Numbered from the stretch's first letter, positions 1-13,515 are shown. The stretch is 64,000 nt of DNA from Octopus vulgaris (GCA_951406725.2 OX597824.1:49662001-49726000); one strand, 5' to 3'. Made by a program: numbers and translations. The notes: a model not told the origin generated them from the sequence alone.

Positions 1-233
1 ATTAAACCCATGTCCTCATGGCAAACAGGATATAAAACTAAATAAATGAATGGTATATACTTGGCAGCATTTGCATTGTTTCTGTCTACTAAATTCCATT
101 TAGAAGACTCAAAAGAAACTTTAGGCACTGTATTGTTGGATTAAATCTGGAACCACATGATTACTAGGCCAACTTCTTTGTCACTGGACCATGCCTGCAC
201 TCACAAATACGTGCGTATGGAGTTGGTTTTTAA

Positions 234-439
234 CCCTTTAGCATTTAAACTGACTAAAATATTTTACATTTTATGTTAAATTGGCTAGATCAGGCCTCTT
301 ATGCCTGTGCTACAATATCATTCTAAAAGTAAAACTCATATCATTGAAGTCTCAAAGTGACAAGATAACGTATGATTAATTCAAAACAATGTGAATAAAT
401 AAGCATTAGATCTGACTGAGTAATCTGAATGCTAAAAGG
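234..439. mobile_element. piggyBac-type MITE
   Basis: TTAA at 230-233 and 440-443 flanking imperfect TIRs CCCTTTAGCATT / AATGCTAAAAGG; no ORF. Confidence 0.75.
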
Positions 440-1024
440 TTAAATATTTCTTTTTGTTTTTCTTCAGCCAAGAGAAGTTTTTATTATTACTGTGCTCTGC
501 TCTCAGTTTTAAATTGTCTGCAAGCCATAGGAAGTGCCATGCTGTATTATGAATATATCAGTGGGCTTTGGTAAGAATTTTCTGGATATCATCATTTCCT
601 TTCTCTTTTGTTGTTCTTGTTGTGGTTGTTATTTAGCTGCAAGTTAGTCCTGATCAAACAATGAAAGAGCTATAGATGTTAACATCTCATCTCTTGTTAA
701 AAAAAAATATCTTGGACTATATTAAATGATGGTTGAGTGTGATTTGAGAGAAATTTGACCTCCATTTCTATTTCCTTTTTTTTTTTATTGTTGTTATAAA
801 TCAACTTTAAATGTGAAAACACCATAACTTTTTGTAAATATTATCTATGGAAGCTCAGTGTTCTGTACAAGGATAGCTTAATCTTTTATGGTAATGCCAT
901 GAAACTAGAGCTATGCTCTAACTAACCAAACTACTGACTAAATAAGCAAACGACTCACTGAAGTTTCTCTGGGACCATTCATATTTTTGTTTTCCATTGT
1001 TGCAATTACACACACACACATATA

Positions 1025-2286
1025 TCAGGCTGAGTAAAAAGTAACCAACGTTTTGAAACATGAAATTCAATAATGCGGAAATTTTATTCATCAAAGTAAG
1101 TACCATTACAATCAACACATTTTTGCCAATGAGTTACAAGTTTGTTTATTCCGGTAACATAAAAATCTGGAGTTCTGGAGCTGATGGACTCTTTGAATGC
1201 ACTTTCAGCATTGGTTTGATTTTGTAACTCCCCACGCAGGAAACCATCAAGGTGGTTGAAAAGTGGTAGTCAGTAGGAGAAAGGTCTGGGGAATAAGCTG
1301 GGTGGGGAAGAACTTTGTAGCCAAGTTCCCTCAACTTCTGGGGCATCATTAGTGATGGTCAAGCATTGTCATGAAGAATGATTGACCCTCTTCTGCTGAC
1401 CAGTCTGGGATGGAGGAGTAGCAGTTTTTAGTTCATTTTGGTAATTTCATTCCAATATGTTTCTGCAGTAATGGTTTTTCTGGGTTTTAGGAAGTTATAG
1501 TGGATGGATCCAGCAGTACACCACCAAACATTCACCATGACCTTCTTTTTGAAGTGCTTGGGCTTAGGGAAGGTTTTTGGTGCTTCATTTTGGTCTAAGC
1601 ACTGCAAAGAACATTTTTTATTATTGTACAGAATCCACTTTTCATTACAATTTACAATACAGTAGAGAAATGGATCAATCTGGTTATGGAAAAGAAGCAA
1701 CAAGCAAATTTCATATCTGTGCATTTTCTGATTTTCATTCAAATCACGTGGTATCCATTTGTCAAGCTTTTTTGGTTTTCTGATCACATGCAAATGGTTG
1801 CAGGCAGTTTTCTGGCTAACTTGAAGTTCTTTTGCCAGTTCTTGAGTGATTTTATGTAGATTTTCTCAATGATGGTCTTCAATTGACCGTCATCGATGAC
1901 AGATGGGCATCCACTAACTACACTCATGCTCTTCAAAGCTCAGGTCTCCACTGCGAAATTGTTTAAACCATTTTCGAGCTGACCATTCACTGATCATTTC
2001 TTCACCAAACAATTTATTGATATCACAAGCAGTTTCAGCTGCTTTACATCCTGTTTTGAAGTTGAATAGCAAAATTGCTTGAATATCACACTTTGACAGT
2101 TCCATTTCAGATGATTGTAACAATGGTGAAAAAAATATCAATATTAATTTATTGATGTATTTGGGCAAGTCTGTATCTGTATTAGACAATTGCAAAAAAA
2201 TATTTAAAAAAAGATTCAAAACTCTGCAAAAATCTGGTACAACTTCTTCATGGTTTGAAATGGTGCTTACTTTTTACTCAACCTAA
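1025..2286 (-). mobile_element. Full-length degenerate mariner (Tc1/mariner) transposon with broken transposase
   Basis: TIRs TCAGGCTGAGTAAAAAGTAACC and (rc) TTAGGTTGAGTAAAAAGTAAGC with TA on both sides; ~1.26 kb; ORF fragments carry an N-terminal HTH region (KWFKQFRSGD), WIPRDL (WVPHEL motif) and HPAYSPDLSPTDYHF; frameshifts and stops. Confidence 0.92.
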
Positions 2287-2305
2287 TATATATATATATA
2301 TATAT

Positions 2306-2410
2306 AAAGTTAATCCAAACAAGAAAACACAGAAAAAAAGAAAAAAAAACACAGCAACGCAGGACGTGGAACAATTAAAGTATTATTGACGCTCAGGAAA
2401 GAAGGGAAGC
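2306..2410. repeat. Truncated copy of the Penelope-like repeat also at 48622-48810
   Basis: Shares AAAGTTAATCCAAACAAGAAA...AGGACGTGGAACAA...AGTATTATTG with 48622-48700; both follow a TA run. Confidence 0.6.
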
Positions 2411-2414
2411 TACC

Positions 2415-2547
2415 ATTGGTTTCATGTTCAGAAAAATATCTTAATAATTTTTAAAGCTGATTACATGGAGGAATGGTATTTATCTCCATGTGATTGGCTT
2501 GAAAATTTATTGAGATATTAAGAAATTTTTCTTAACATGAAACCAAT
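2415..2547. mobile_element. Palindromic MITE-like element
   Basis: ATTGGTTTCATGTT...ACATGGAG is an imperfect inverted repeat of CTCCATGT...AACATGAAACCAAT around a short spacer. Confidence 0.6.
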
Positions 2548-3914
2548 ATTAGTCTTAGTATACAAATAAAGAAATTTTATCCACCAATGCAGTGTTGAGC
2601 ACTTATTGTCATTGTTTGACATTTATATATATATGTATATAAGACATTCCCCTCTGTACCGCTTATATTTACCCTCACTGTACCTTGGGGGCATGTCCTG
2701 ATGCATCTCTAACATATCATCTGTTTCTCTCTAACTCTACCTCTCCTTCCTCTTTCTGCTGAGGTAGCCAAGTATCTCCTGTATAGTAAGATACCTGTCT
2801 CTATCCTTCTATGTATTTTAGTTTTGTTGATATTACCACATATTTATATTTTAGTATTTTTCATATTTTCATCTACTTATTTCTATTTCAGTATTGTTGA
2901 TATCACCACATATTTGTATTTCTCATTTTTTGATCCACTCGTCTATGGAACATTTCTTAAAGAACTTTTTGAGTAAGTATCGATTTCTTTTTTTCATACT
3001 TCCTCTACTGTTCTATAACTGAAATTCATTGATCAGTTTTTCAATTAAATAAATCTATATCTATTGAGCCAATGAGGGAGGCTCTACATGTTTGCCCAAC
3101 CTGCAAGAATTAGCAGTCAAATCTTCTTAAATCATACACTGATGTCTTAAACAGGAAGGACATATTAGATAATGTGACTTTAGATCCATTCTGCCTTCAA
3201 AAAAGATAGTTTAATAATAGTTTGATCATCATCATAGTTCTTCTCACATTGTATGTTAGTATCAATGTGTTTTATAACATAGATTTTAGTTATTATGTGT
3301 CTAAACTCGGTGCACCAGTCAGTGCTCAAAAGAAACTGAATTGTCACACAGTAACAATACCCTTCTTTGAAACAAACAGGTTCTTAGTTTGCAGGCTCAT
3401 GGTGATATAATTATCAAATTTTGTGTAATAGGCTGTTCTTCTTATTGTTGATTAGTCTCAGATCAACTTGGATTAAGTAAATCTATGATCAAAAGTATTC
3501 CAGCCAAGATCATCTTATCTTTATTCAAACATAATGTTTCTAGGGTTTCTCTTTTTAAGAAAATAAGGTGAAATTCGACAGAGATTTGACTGCTAATTAA
3601 TGCATGTCAAGCAACTGCATATACTTCTTTATTTTTTTTGTTTGGATCAATTAGACCTATAAACTATTAAAATGCTGTACCCTCATACTTATTTTAAACT
3701 TGAGTGTGTCTGTATTTTCTTTGAACAAACCAAATACAAAAACTTGAACTGGAAAGATATTTGTCTTTAAAACACTCCTGATTCTATTTTTACTATATTA
3801 TGGATGTAAAATTGTTGAGAGAAAAAGGCAAATTTTGAGGTTTTTTTGATATTGAAATGTTTGATCTTGTGAGAATTTATTAGAAAAAAAATATGACTTT
3901 TCTGTGTCTTTCAG

Positions 3915-4170
3915 GACTACCAGTCCCAGCATACCCTTCTCCTACAGACCTCAGCTTGATGAAACTGGAGAAGACGACACCGTCAACTTGCCTTACCATG
4001 GGTCGCAGGTGAAGGTGTATGCCGATGACACAGGTAGTGCCAGTGGAAGTTATGACAGCACTCATTTCGACAAGCAAATCAGTATGAATCCGTCCATTAA
4101 CTCAACCAGTGTCCACATCGGCAACCCAGTCCTTCAGATCAACAGTGACTATTACCAAAGTTATTCGTGA
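3915..4170 (+). CDS. TPRA1: Terminal coding exon of a TPRA1/GPR175-like transmembrane protein (cytoplasmic C-tail)
   Basis: Pyrimidine-rich acceptor TCTTTCAG|G at 3914/3915, stop TGA 4168-4170. Peptide IPFSYRPQLDETGEDDTVNLPY...SYDSTHFD...SINST resembles the human TPRA1 tail as recalled ([20 protein letters not shown]...SYSSTQFD...SINST). Upstream exons not seen in the window. Confidence 0.78.
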
Positions 4171-4859
4171 GACTGTCTAGCAATGTGGCAAAAGACATTG
4201 TTTTATTGTAGCAGCTGTAACTGGACTAAAGGATGATTTCTGAAGACTCTGTTGAATGTTTTTTCTCCCTCCATCCATTCATCAGCCCCCACTCATTCCT
4301 CTGTAATATGTCACATAGCAATTACTACTTTCCAAAAAGTTTTAATTACAACACACACACACATTTATACATACAAATAAATACATCTTTAAAAATAGGT
4401 GGGCATAACCTAAGCATAGAAAGAAAATAATCAATGAAATTAAGATATGAAAAAATTGTAAAACAAGAGAAACAAAAAAAAATAAGGCGAACATATTCCC
4501 CTCCCACACTCATAAAAAAAAACATCAACAATAACAGGAAACAAACAGCGAAAATAGATTCAGAAGAAAATAGAAATATCTTCAGACTTGAATCTTTCCT
4601 CTGAGTTACTGAGTTCAACTTTGAACTAATTAGTTATTTCAATGAACAAAGATTCATGGTGTAAGACAAAGTAAGAAAAAGTTAACATAAACAATACATT
4701 ATTTATCTATCTTACACATAAACAAACAAACATTGTGTTCTCCATCAAAATTACAGAATCAATCTTTGTTCTGAGTATCTAAACTGTAACTTTTCTTTTT
4801 CTATAAACTACAGATACAATAAAAGTATAACTTTACAAAGCAGATGATCCGCCATTTTG

Positions 4860-5555
<696 letters not shown>

Positions 5556-5695
5556 AAGGATGGGAAAGCTTTATCCATAGTTGAATTCTTCTGAAAAGAC
5601 AGAGATGTTGTACATATATATCATTATTTTCATTTTATTTATTAGTTACATTCACTGTGTCCTATCCTTCAGGATGTTGACAAAGTTCATTCATT

Positions 5696-5740
5696 TGTTA
5701 CCTGATGAGTTGCACCCAGCAGGAAACAATTGTAGCCATT
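5696..5740 (+). ncRNA. Degenerate minimal type I hammerhead ribozyme motif (PLE remnant)
   Basis: CTGATGA (5702-5708), stem II TTGC/GCAG, GAAAC (5723-5727), palindromic AATT, GTA (5732-5734); stem I pairs poorly. Confidence 0.4.
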
Positions 5741-6787
5741 GGGGCATCAGCCTCGAATGAATAACTAAGTCTTCTATATGTACCAAGTAAAAATTTATTA
5801 CTCATATGTATATCCAAACAAATATATGGTGTCTGTCTGTCTGTATGTATGTATGTGTGTGTACATATATATATATAGTGCAGACGACAATAAAATTGTT
5901 TAGAAACACTTATTCTTTAACTGGCTCTAGATTGTATAACAGATATAAAGTGATGATATATATGTCTTTATTGTAAGTGTATAAATGTCTTGAGTCACTG
6001 ATATTTATTTATGCAATCAAATGAGCCATGTTGTTTGTGGATTCATGGAAGCATGCATACATAAACAATCTGAAACCTATCAAAAAATAAAATGTTACTA
6101 TATTTCACTAAAAATGTTAAAAGAAAAACAAAACAACAAACTATTCTGACTGAAAAACTAAGAAAAATACATAACTATGTTCTCTATTTTTAATTAAATG
6201 CATGATACAAAAAAAAAAATATAAATAAAAGAGTAAGAACAAAAGAACGATACATTCTCTATTTCACCCCCAAATATATTTCATAATTTACGATTTTGAG
6301 ATATCCATCTTGGATTCTAATTTAGAGTTCTTAGACTGTACGTGCACATATATCTGTGTATGTGTTACTGCATGATGCATTTATTGTTTTGGCTGTTCTG
6401 ATTAACAGAAGTTCAGCCATCACCTTCCCATTTTTTTATTTTCTGGATCATATATTTAGGGTACATTATACAATATGTCCATTTTTAAAGATAGTAAAAT
6501 GTAATTTGAATGAGATTACCTGCTATTTTCAGCTTTTTGAGCAACCATTTGTATTCTCCTTCACTGACCTCAAGGGCTTTTTGTGTGACAGATATGATCA
6601 TTTTGTGTATCTGTGAAACTGACTTGATGTGGGTGTACATGTTGGTGCTTTTGTATTTATTTCATTCATTTCTTTAATTTATTAAACAAAATCAATTGTA
6701 ATTACTAAATTTGATTTAGCTGATTTCATTTCAAACGACATTAGAAGATAAAAAATTTACTCTATGAAAATATTGTGAAGCAATGGC

Positions 6788-6793
6788 AATAAA
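6788..6793 (+). promoter_or_regulatory. Candidate polyadenylation signal of the TPRA1-like 3' UTR
   Basis: AATAAA followed by T/GT-rich sequence; other AATAAA hexamers exist nearby, so the choice is uncertain. Confidence 0.3.
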
Positions 6794-7569
6794 ACCCAGA
6801 TTACAAATATCTGTTTTAATAATTCCAATAATGTATTGTTCTTTATCAATTAGAAGTGAAATAAATAAATGAATATATAAATAAATAAAAAAAAACTGGT
6901 GTAAGTAAATATTTGAAGAAATTTATAATGTCTGTCTGTGTGCAATTAATCAGTGAGTAAGCTCCTGGCAAGATGTGTTTTTTCCCCTTCCCAGGTGAGT
7001 CATTTGATTTAGCACCCTGTGTCTGCAGTGCTTTGGTTATATCTTGGATATAGCCAGAGGTACTTGGGTTGTAATCAGTAATGGGACAGGTCCCTATTTT
7101 ACCCCTTTCATACAATGCAATCCAATATGAGTTAAACATTTTCATTTATGATTTTCCTAATGCTTTCAATAAGTAGGATTTGAGTTTAGCAGTTAAAAGT
7201 TGCATCAGCATAAGATGTAACAATTTATAAAGGTAGTAGAGGCTGATGTGGGCTGAATGCTACTGTTTTAAAATTGAAAAAAACACTTTTTAGTATTAAA
7301 ATTAATCCTTCCAGATTTACTCCAGGTCTTCTTCATATTTACCAATTTTCAGCATTTCGTTTATACAAATTATCTTTAGGATTCATGAAATATGTGTTTA
7401 GGGTGATCAGTGAAGTGCTGAAAGAAACTTATGTTCTGTGTTCAAATCCTGTTAAGGTCCCCTTTGTCATCTTTTTTGGGTTTAGAAAATAGGTAGCAGT
7501 CATTTTAATCAACAATACCCACGACCCAATAATTGTGGCTTTGTACATATATCAGAAATTTTCTTTTGA

Positions 7570-8170
7570 TCATTGATTTCATCTATTTTCACTGCCCACT
7601 ATTTCTGGGCAGGTCGTTGGGGTAGAATCCTCAGGCATCTCCTCCATAGGTACCTATCAGAAGTAACCAGCATTAGACTTTCCGACTGGATTCCAAAATG
7701 TGACCAAATGAGACTGGTATTATTCAACCCTTTTGTTTTTAGTCTATCCCTAGGTCTCCTGCCAGTTGGCTTGGCTTGAATCCATTTTGTGATCATTCGT
7801 GTGATATTCTCATCACATCTGTAGTACTGGAGCTGTGACTTCTCAAATATAGAGAAGTAGCAGTTTGACCTAGAGAGAAACTCCCTGATCTCCGAGTATA
7901 TATCCTTTAGAGAACCCTTTTGGCTGCTGGTATTCACAAACTTACTCTTTTAGTCATTTTAGTCCTAATGTTCATGAATATAGGTAATAGGCATGGAACT
8001 GAATTGAAGATAGCACGTTTGACTTTTTTACCAACCTTTTTTCTTCTGAGGATCAAATATTGAAGCTGGTGCATTACTGTGCCAGCACCTACAATTCTAG
8101 CATCCATTTCAACTTCCTGTCTCCCATCACTCGCAAATACAGCCCTGAAATACTCAAACTTCTCCAGTTG
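7570..8170 (-). mobile_element. RTE-clade LINE 3' fragment (degenerate)
   Basis: ORF 7599-7937 shows the typical RTE C-terminus (KPTGRRPR...DRYLWR); 7812-7895 matches 17914-17998 at DNA level. Confidence 0.75.
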
Positions 8171-8329
8171 CTGTTAGGAAGGGTATTCAGCTGTAAAAAC
8201 AGACACAGTAGCCTCGGATAGTCTTCTATCTGGCTGGCTCCTGTCAACTGTCTTACCCATGCATGCATGGAAGACATGTTAAACGATGATGATGATTATA
8301 CACACACACGCACACACTCTCTTTCAGAA

Positions 8330-8520
8330 GGTCAGCAGTATGTTGGTAAAGATATTGATTACATTGGCTGAGTTTTTGATTTATTTTAAAATAGGGAGGG
8401 AACTAATTTAGATGACATGCAATTTGAATTTGCTCCTGGACCTGGAATCACTAGTGTTCTTTTCCGAGTGCGACAACTAGTATTCTTTGATAAGAACTAA
8501 CATTTATTGACTTTCACTGG
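8330..8520 (+). mobile_element. RTE LINE reverse transcriptase fragment
   Basis: Translates LDDMQFEFAPGPGITSVLFRVRQL, matching the QxGF...T.D.IF..RQL RT motif. Confidence 0.6.
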
Positions 8521-9387
8521 ATTCCACACTGCTGTTGACAACAAGGGTTTCTTCGAAATGAATGACAGAGTGCATGTTGTTTTCGGACAGCAAAGTACGA
8601 CATTGCATGATATAAGATATATGCTAGATGTGTGATGTTACTATAAAAAGATGATTACAGCAGAAGCGAGCTGAGTGATCAACTCATTCTTAACAGTATT
8701 TGTTGTAATAATAAATAAAAAGTTGCCAGCAAGGGAGGTAACTCTTCAATATATTTTCCAGAGTTTTAGAGACTAACCCCCGCTCAAAAATCACAAAAAA
8801 TTAAAAACATCAACAAAATTCAGTAAACTCCGTGTTATATAAAGATAACGTTTCTGAAGACTTTGTAACATGAAATTCCATATTGTGTAAACCAGACGTG
8901 TCAAACTTTTTAAATCCATTTATACCAGATCCTACACATACAACGAGGTGGGAAAATGAATTTAGTAGGTATATCTGCAAGCTTGACAAGATGAATTCAT
9001 ACAGAACCAAAAAAATCTCAGTATTGCAAGCCAAAAATCAATAAAAGTGTAGTGTAATGGAGGAAGAAGGCAACAGAAAAAGAAGCAAACGGGAGAAAGA
9101 AATACAGAGACCTTACCTGTTGACCTAGGCGGGATGAGCGATCACTGTCAAGAAATAAACACGTCCTTGCACGCTACCGTCTCTGTTTGAACTGCCCGCA
9201 CGTGCTTCCTGCCCACGCATGCCCCGTGGCTGTTTCACAGGCCCCTGCAGTCTTCACTTCCGTCTACCTCATCTGCAATCCTCTCCACAAACACCACATA
9301 GCTCATCACAGCCCATAACACCACAAACACCACAAAAAGCATGGCAACTAATAGAAGAGTGGCGACAGAAGTCAAGAAACCAGTATA

Positions 9388-10658
9388 GCGATTTCAGATT
9401 ACCTCCCAGTAACTTGAAAGCGTTTTAAGATTACTGCCGAAGGTAATTTGAAAGCGATTTCAAGTTACACCCTATGATTTCAGATTACCCTCCCACCGAA
9501 AATTCTTCCCCATGTAATGTACATTTGTAAATCAAAGAGAAAGTCGGAACTTTCATTTAGTTGGGAGTTTTACTTAAAGCTGAAGAAATTTGAAAGAAGC
9601 ATATTCAGACAAAAAGGGAAACCTATGTAGGCACTCTAAGCATTATGTTGTGCAGAGTGGTCAACTCTACTCGTCACAGAGCAGAGAGAGTAAGAACTTT
9701 TGAAAATGAATACTAAGAAGTCTTAGTCTTCGCAATCCGGATGAACAGAAGGATACTGCTCGCTGCTTGGAAAGTCAACTTGGTGTTGACAGAACAAGGG
9801 CTAAAATTTTAGAGAGGTTTTATTGGAAAAATATGGGCAAAGACACGAAAGAGTTCGTTTTGTCTTGTGATCGGTGTCAAAAAGTGAACCCACAAAATTA
9901 ATGTTGGAGAGCTTCATCCTGTACCTGTGCCAAATGAAATGATGGCCCAAAGTGGTGTCGACATCACAGATTTGCCAAAAACAAATGATGGTTATTGTTG
10001 CAATGGATTACTTTTCCAAATGGCCTGAGGCTCAACCTTTGAAATATGCTTTTATTTAAAATAAATTGCAAACACAGTGTAGCATATCTGATATCTTCAC
10101 TGTTTGAGAGACACATTAAGAATGATCTCGTTTGAGATTACAACCATCTTTGGCTAGTTTGACCCTGTTGTGTCCAGTGCTCTGATTGGTTGGCATTCGG
10201 CGCAGTTTGTCTTTCGACTTATTTCGCGCCAGTGAGTAGGCCAACCAGCCACGAGCCATCTAAACCCTATAAATAGGCCAATATTTCACTATTCTCGGTC
10301 TTTCGGCTTTAGACCTTCAAAGGTCTAGTCACTGACCACAGAGCTATTCAGCCATATTCCCTATAACAGAATCTTTGATATTCGACATGTTTTTTTTTTC
10401 AGCACATCATAAAAGTGTTTTAAGAAATCTAGTATTTTTTCTCTTATTTTCATATTTAAAGTTTACAATCTTGAATGTTATCCATATTTAATGTTATAAA
10501 AATATCAGGAGTTGTAAGTCTTATGATTTATTATTTTAGCAAAATCATTGAGTAGGTAATGTGAACAACACGGGGGTAATTTGAAATTCGTTTCAGATTA
10601 CTCACCCCACCCCCAGTAATCTGAAATCGATTTCATACTACCAGGCGGTAGCTTGAAA
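9388..10658 (+). mobile_element. Ginger/GIN-like element: Gypsy-type integrase fragment between inverted modular repeats
   Basis: ~9610-10045 translates (with frameshifts) LGVDRTRAKILERFYWKNMGKDTKEFVLSCDRCQK...ELHPVPVP...GVDITDLPKT...MDYFSKWPEAQPLK (H2C2 zinc finger plus start of rve). No RT/RNase H adjacent; GATTTCAGATTAC/GTAATCTGAAATC modules at 9388-9500 and 10572-10658. Confidence 0.6.
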
Positions 10659-10659
10659 G

Positions 10660-11250
10660 AGAGAGTGACAGCGTACATTTTAAAAATTTATTTTCGTTGC
10701 ATTTTTGGGTGAGTGATTCACTGAGAGAGAGAAAGAGAGAGTGATAGCGTAACCCCCTCTCTCTCACTCTGTCAAACGCACTAAAAAAAAGATGTGAGAA
10801 AAAGTAAAATAAAATTTACGCTATCTCTCTCTCAGTTAAACACTCACAAACTCAAAAGAGATGAAAGGAGAAATAAATTTTAAAAAATATATGCTGTGTG
10901 AGGGAAAGAGTAACAGCGTACATTTTAAAAGTTTATTTTTCCTCGCATCTTTTTTGATTGAGTGTGTAAGTGATTGACTAAGAGAGAGAGGTGTGTGTTG
11001 TCGGAAAGAGAGGGAGAGAAAGTGTGTGTATGTGTGAGAGAGAGAGAGAGCATAAGAATAATTTATTTACTTTTTCTCGTATCTGTTTTTAGTGTGTTTG
11101 ACTGAGAGAGAAAGAGGGGTGTTACGCTATCACACACACACATACACACACACACACACACACACTCTCTCTCTCTCTCAGTTAATCACTCACTAAAACA
11201 AGATGCGAGGAAAAATAAATTTTAAAATGTGCGCTGTCACTCTCTCTCTC
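10660..11250. repeat. ~590-bp nested palindrome (A-B-A'-A-B'-A')
   Basis: GAGAGTGACAGCGTACATTTTAAAA... at ~10662 and ~10907; reverse complements ending ~10897 and ~11245; B module 10741-10820 is inverted at 11050-11131. Confidence 0.7.
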
Positions 11251-11779
11251 CCTCACACACACATCAACACACACATTCTCTCTCTCTCTCTCTCTCTCAA
11301 ACACACTTTCTATCTTGCACCTCACCATCAACATATACACACGTCCCTGTCATTTTCTCTCTCTTTCACTTTATGCTGACATCAGATTAAATGTACGTTT
11401 CCACATGAAAAAAAAACAAAAAAACAAATAAGAAATTTATACGGAATTTACCGAACGCTGTACCTTAACAGCTGATAGATCATTGACAACTCTGTGACTC
11501 AAATCAAAGGGTAGCCCTCGCTGAAACTTATCTCCTGCCATAAAATCTTCGATGATATAAAGATACCAGAAATAAATCACTGCTTTAATCTATACCTCAA
11601 AAAAACCTACCATCCAATTAGTGGAACACCTCAAAACAACAACTCAAATGGGATAAAGAGTACACGTATCGCAACAACAACAACAACACCAAGTGTGTGT
11701 AGATTTACAATATATCCTATTGTTAAGAAAATTTTACATAATCATTCAATAAAACTCAAATGGGATAAAGAGTACACGC

Positions 11780-12157
11780 TTTATCCGCCTAAACAGTGCA
11801 ATGGGACCCGCTTGGTAGTCAAGTCCCTGACGCCCCACTTTATTGAGGCCACTATTGTTACGGGGTGTGGAAGGGGAGGGGAATGTTTTCATTTCAAGGA
11901 TGTACCTTTATCCCTCGGGGTCAGAAATGCCGTTTAACTTCAGCAGACCGTAGTTCCTGGTGAGGCCATGCTTCGCCATGTCCATCAACAAATCCCAAGG
12001 TCAAACACTATCGGTGGCAGGTATCCATTTGGGGGAGCCGTGCTTTTCACATGGGCAACTTTATGTGACCTGCTCTCGTGTGGGAAGTAGAAACGCTCTT
12101 TTTGCATATGCTTCTCAGGGCAGAATACGCAATGTTGTCTTTAGCGAAGTTTTATAG
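11780..12157 (+). pseudogene. Helitron RepHel Pif1-helicase C-terminal fragment
   Basis: CNGTRLVVKSL...IEATIVTG, FAMSINKSQGQTL (motif V), FSHGQLYVTCSRV (motif VI), NVVFSEVL-stop; frameshift/stop between the two ORF pieces. Confidence 0.9.
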
Positions 12158-12419
12158 ATGTAGACAGAAGAACAAGTCATCATTGCAGCCAATGTGGTTA
12201 TAAACAGGTGATCTGGAAGCGTTGGCTGGACATATTCTCAAACCATGGCAACATGACTCATGGACTCTTCCTCTTCTTTATTGGACAATGCTGACTTCTC
12301 CAACAACAATGCTCACTCGGCCGATATCAGTGCTTGGCCAAGTTGTTCATAGAGTTAGGCTAGAAGAGCCAGGCTCCTTATTTGTTTGTTAAGGCTGTTG
12401 GTAAGTTTTCCTAAGTTAC

Positions 12420-12622
12420 TCCAATCTGGATCCCCAATGCAAACCTTCGAATCAACCTTCTCCAATGCAGATCTCTAATGCAACCTTATCCAATCCAAAT
12501 CTTTGAGTCAACCTTCTTCACTGCAGATCTCCAATGCAAACCTTCGATGCAACCTTCTCCAATGCATATCTTCGATGCAGATCTCTGAGGCAACCTTCTC
12601 CAATGCATATCTTCGATGCAGC
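12420..12622. repeat. Degenerate minisatellite within the Helitron 3' region
   Basis: Repeated AACCTTCTCCAATGCA(G/T)ATCT motifs. Confidence 0.7.
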
Positions 12623-13434
12623 TTTGACCGATAGTACCCCGAGGAGGGGTTAGGACTAGATTGGGATTAGTCGCTGCCTTTTAGAGGTTCCTGAGCTCCC
12701 TTTCATTAGGTTAGCTTAGGCTTAGGTTAAGGCTTAGTTGTGATCCGAACATAACCTCTTCTGACACAGAAGATCGGGAGACCTTTTGGGCATTATTTTT
12801 CCTTGCTGGAAGGGTTCCCAACCCATGGGCCAAAGGGGGTTAGATTATGATGGGGGGATTCGAAAGGGCCGGCATGTGCAACCTGATCACTTCTGCCGGT
12901 CAAACTCCCAACCCATGCATTCTCGTCGTGACACTGATTCTTCAGAACTGGGTTGGGTGTGAAAACTAACTTCAAAGTATAAATATAGATTTTTTGAATC
13001 AGTAATGTTGTGTTCTGTTAAGTCCTTTTTGGTGTGAAAAATCAATAAATAGATTTCTTATGGGGTTTTCCATTCCATCAGGATGAAAAATCGATAAACC
13101 GATTCTTATGGGATTTCCCACTAAAATTGGCTACACCCCATTTTCAACAATAACTTTTTACCAATTTTCATACATTTTGTTCAAACTTTATGCTGGCATT
13201 GCTTAGGACTTATGGGATATTTGAATGCTTTAAGTTCTACAAAAAAAAAAAAAAAGAAAGAAAGAAAAACAATCGATGAGTGGAAAAATCGATAAATCAA
13301 TTCCTTATGGGATTTCCCAATCAAATTCTCTGCAATCCGTTCTCAGTCAATGGATTTCACTCAAATTTGACGTTGGTGTAACTTAGTTTGGTTTGAAACA
13401 AAGCGCTTGAATAGCTTAATAACACTGACTTAAT

Positions 13435-13461
13435 CCCGAGCAAAGCCGTGCTAAACTGCTG

Positions 13462-13462
<1 letters not shown>
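13435..13462 (+). mobile_element. Helitron 3' terminus
   Basis: Degenerate GC hairpin CCCGAGCAAAGCCGTG then CTGG|T (CTRR). ACTAGATTGGGATTAGTCG at ~12655 is shared with the Helitron at 62528-63306. Confidence 0.6.
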
Positions 13463-13515
<53 letters not shown>

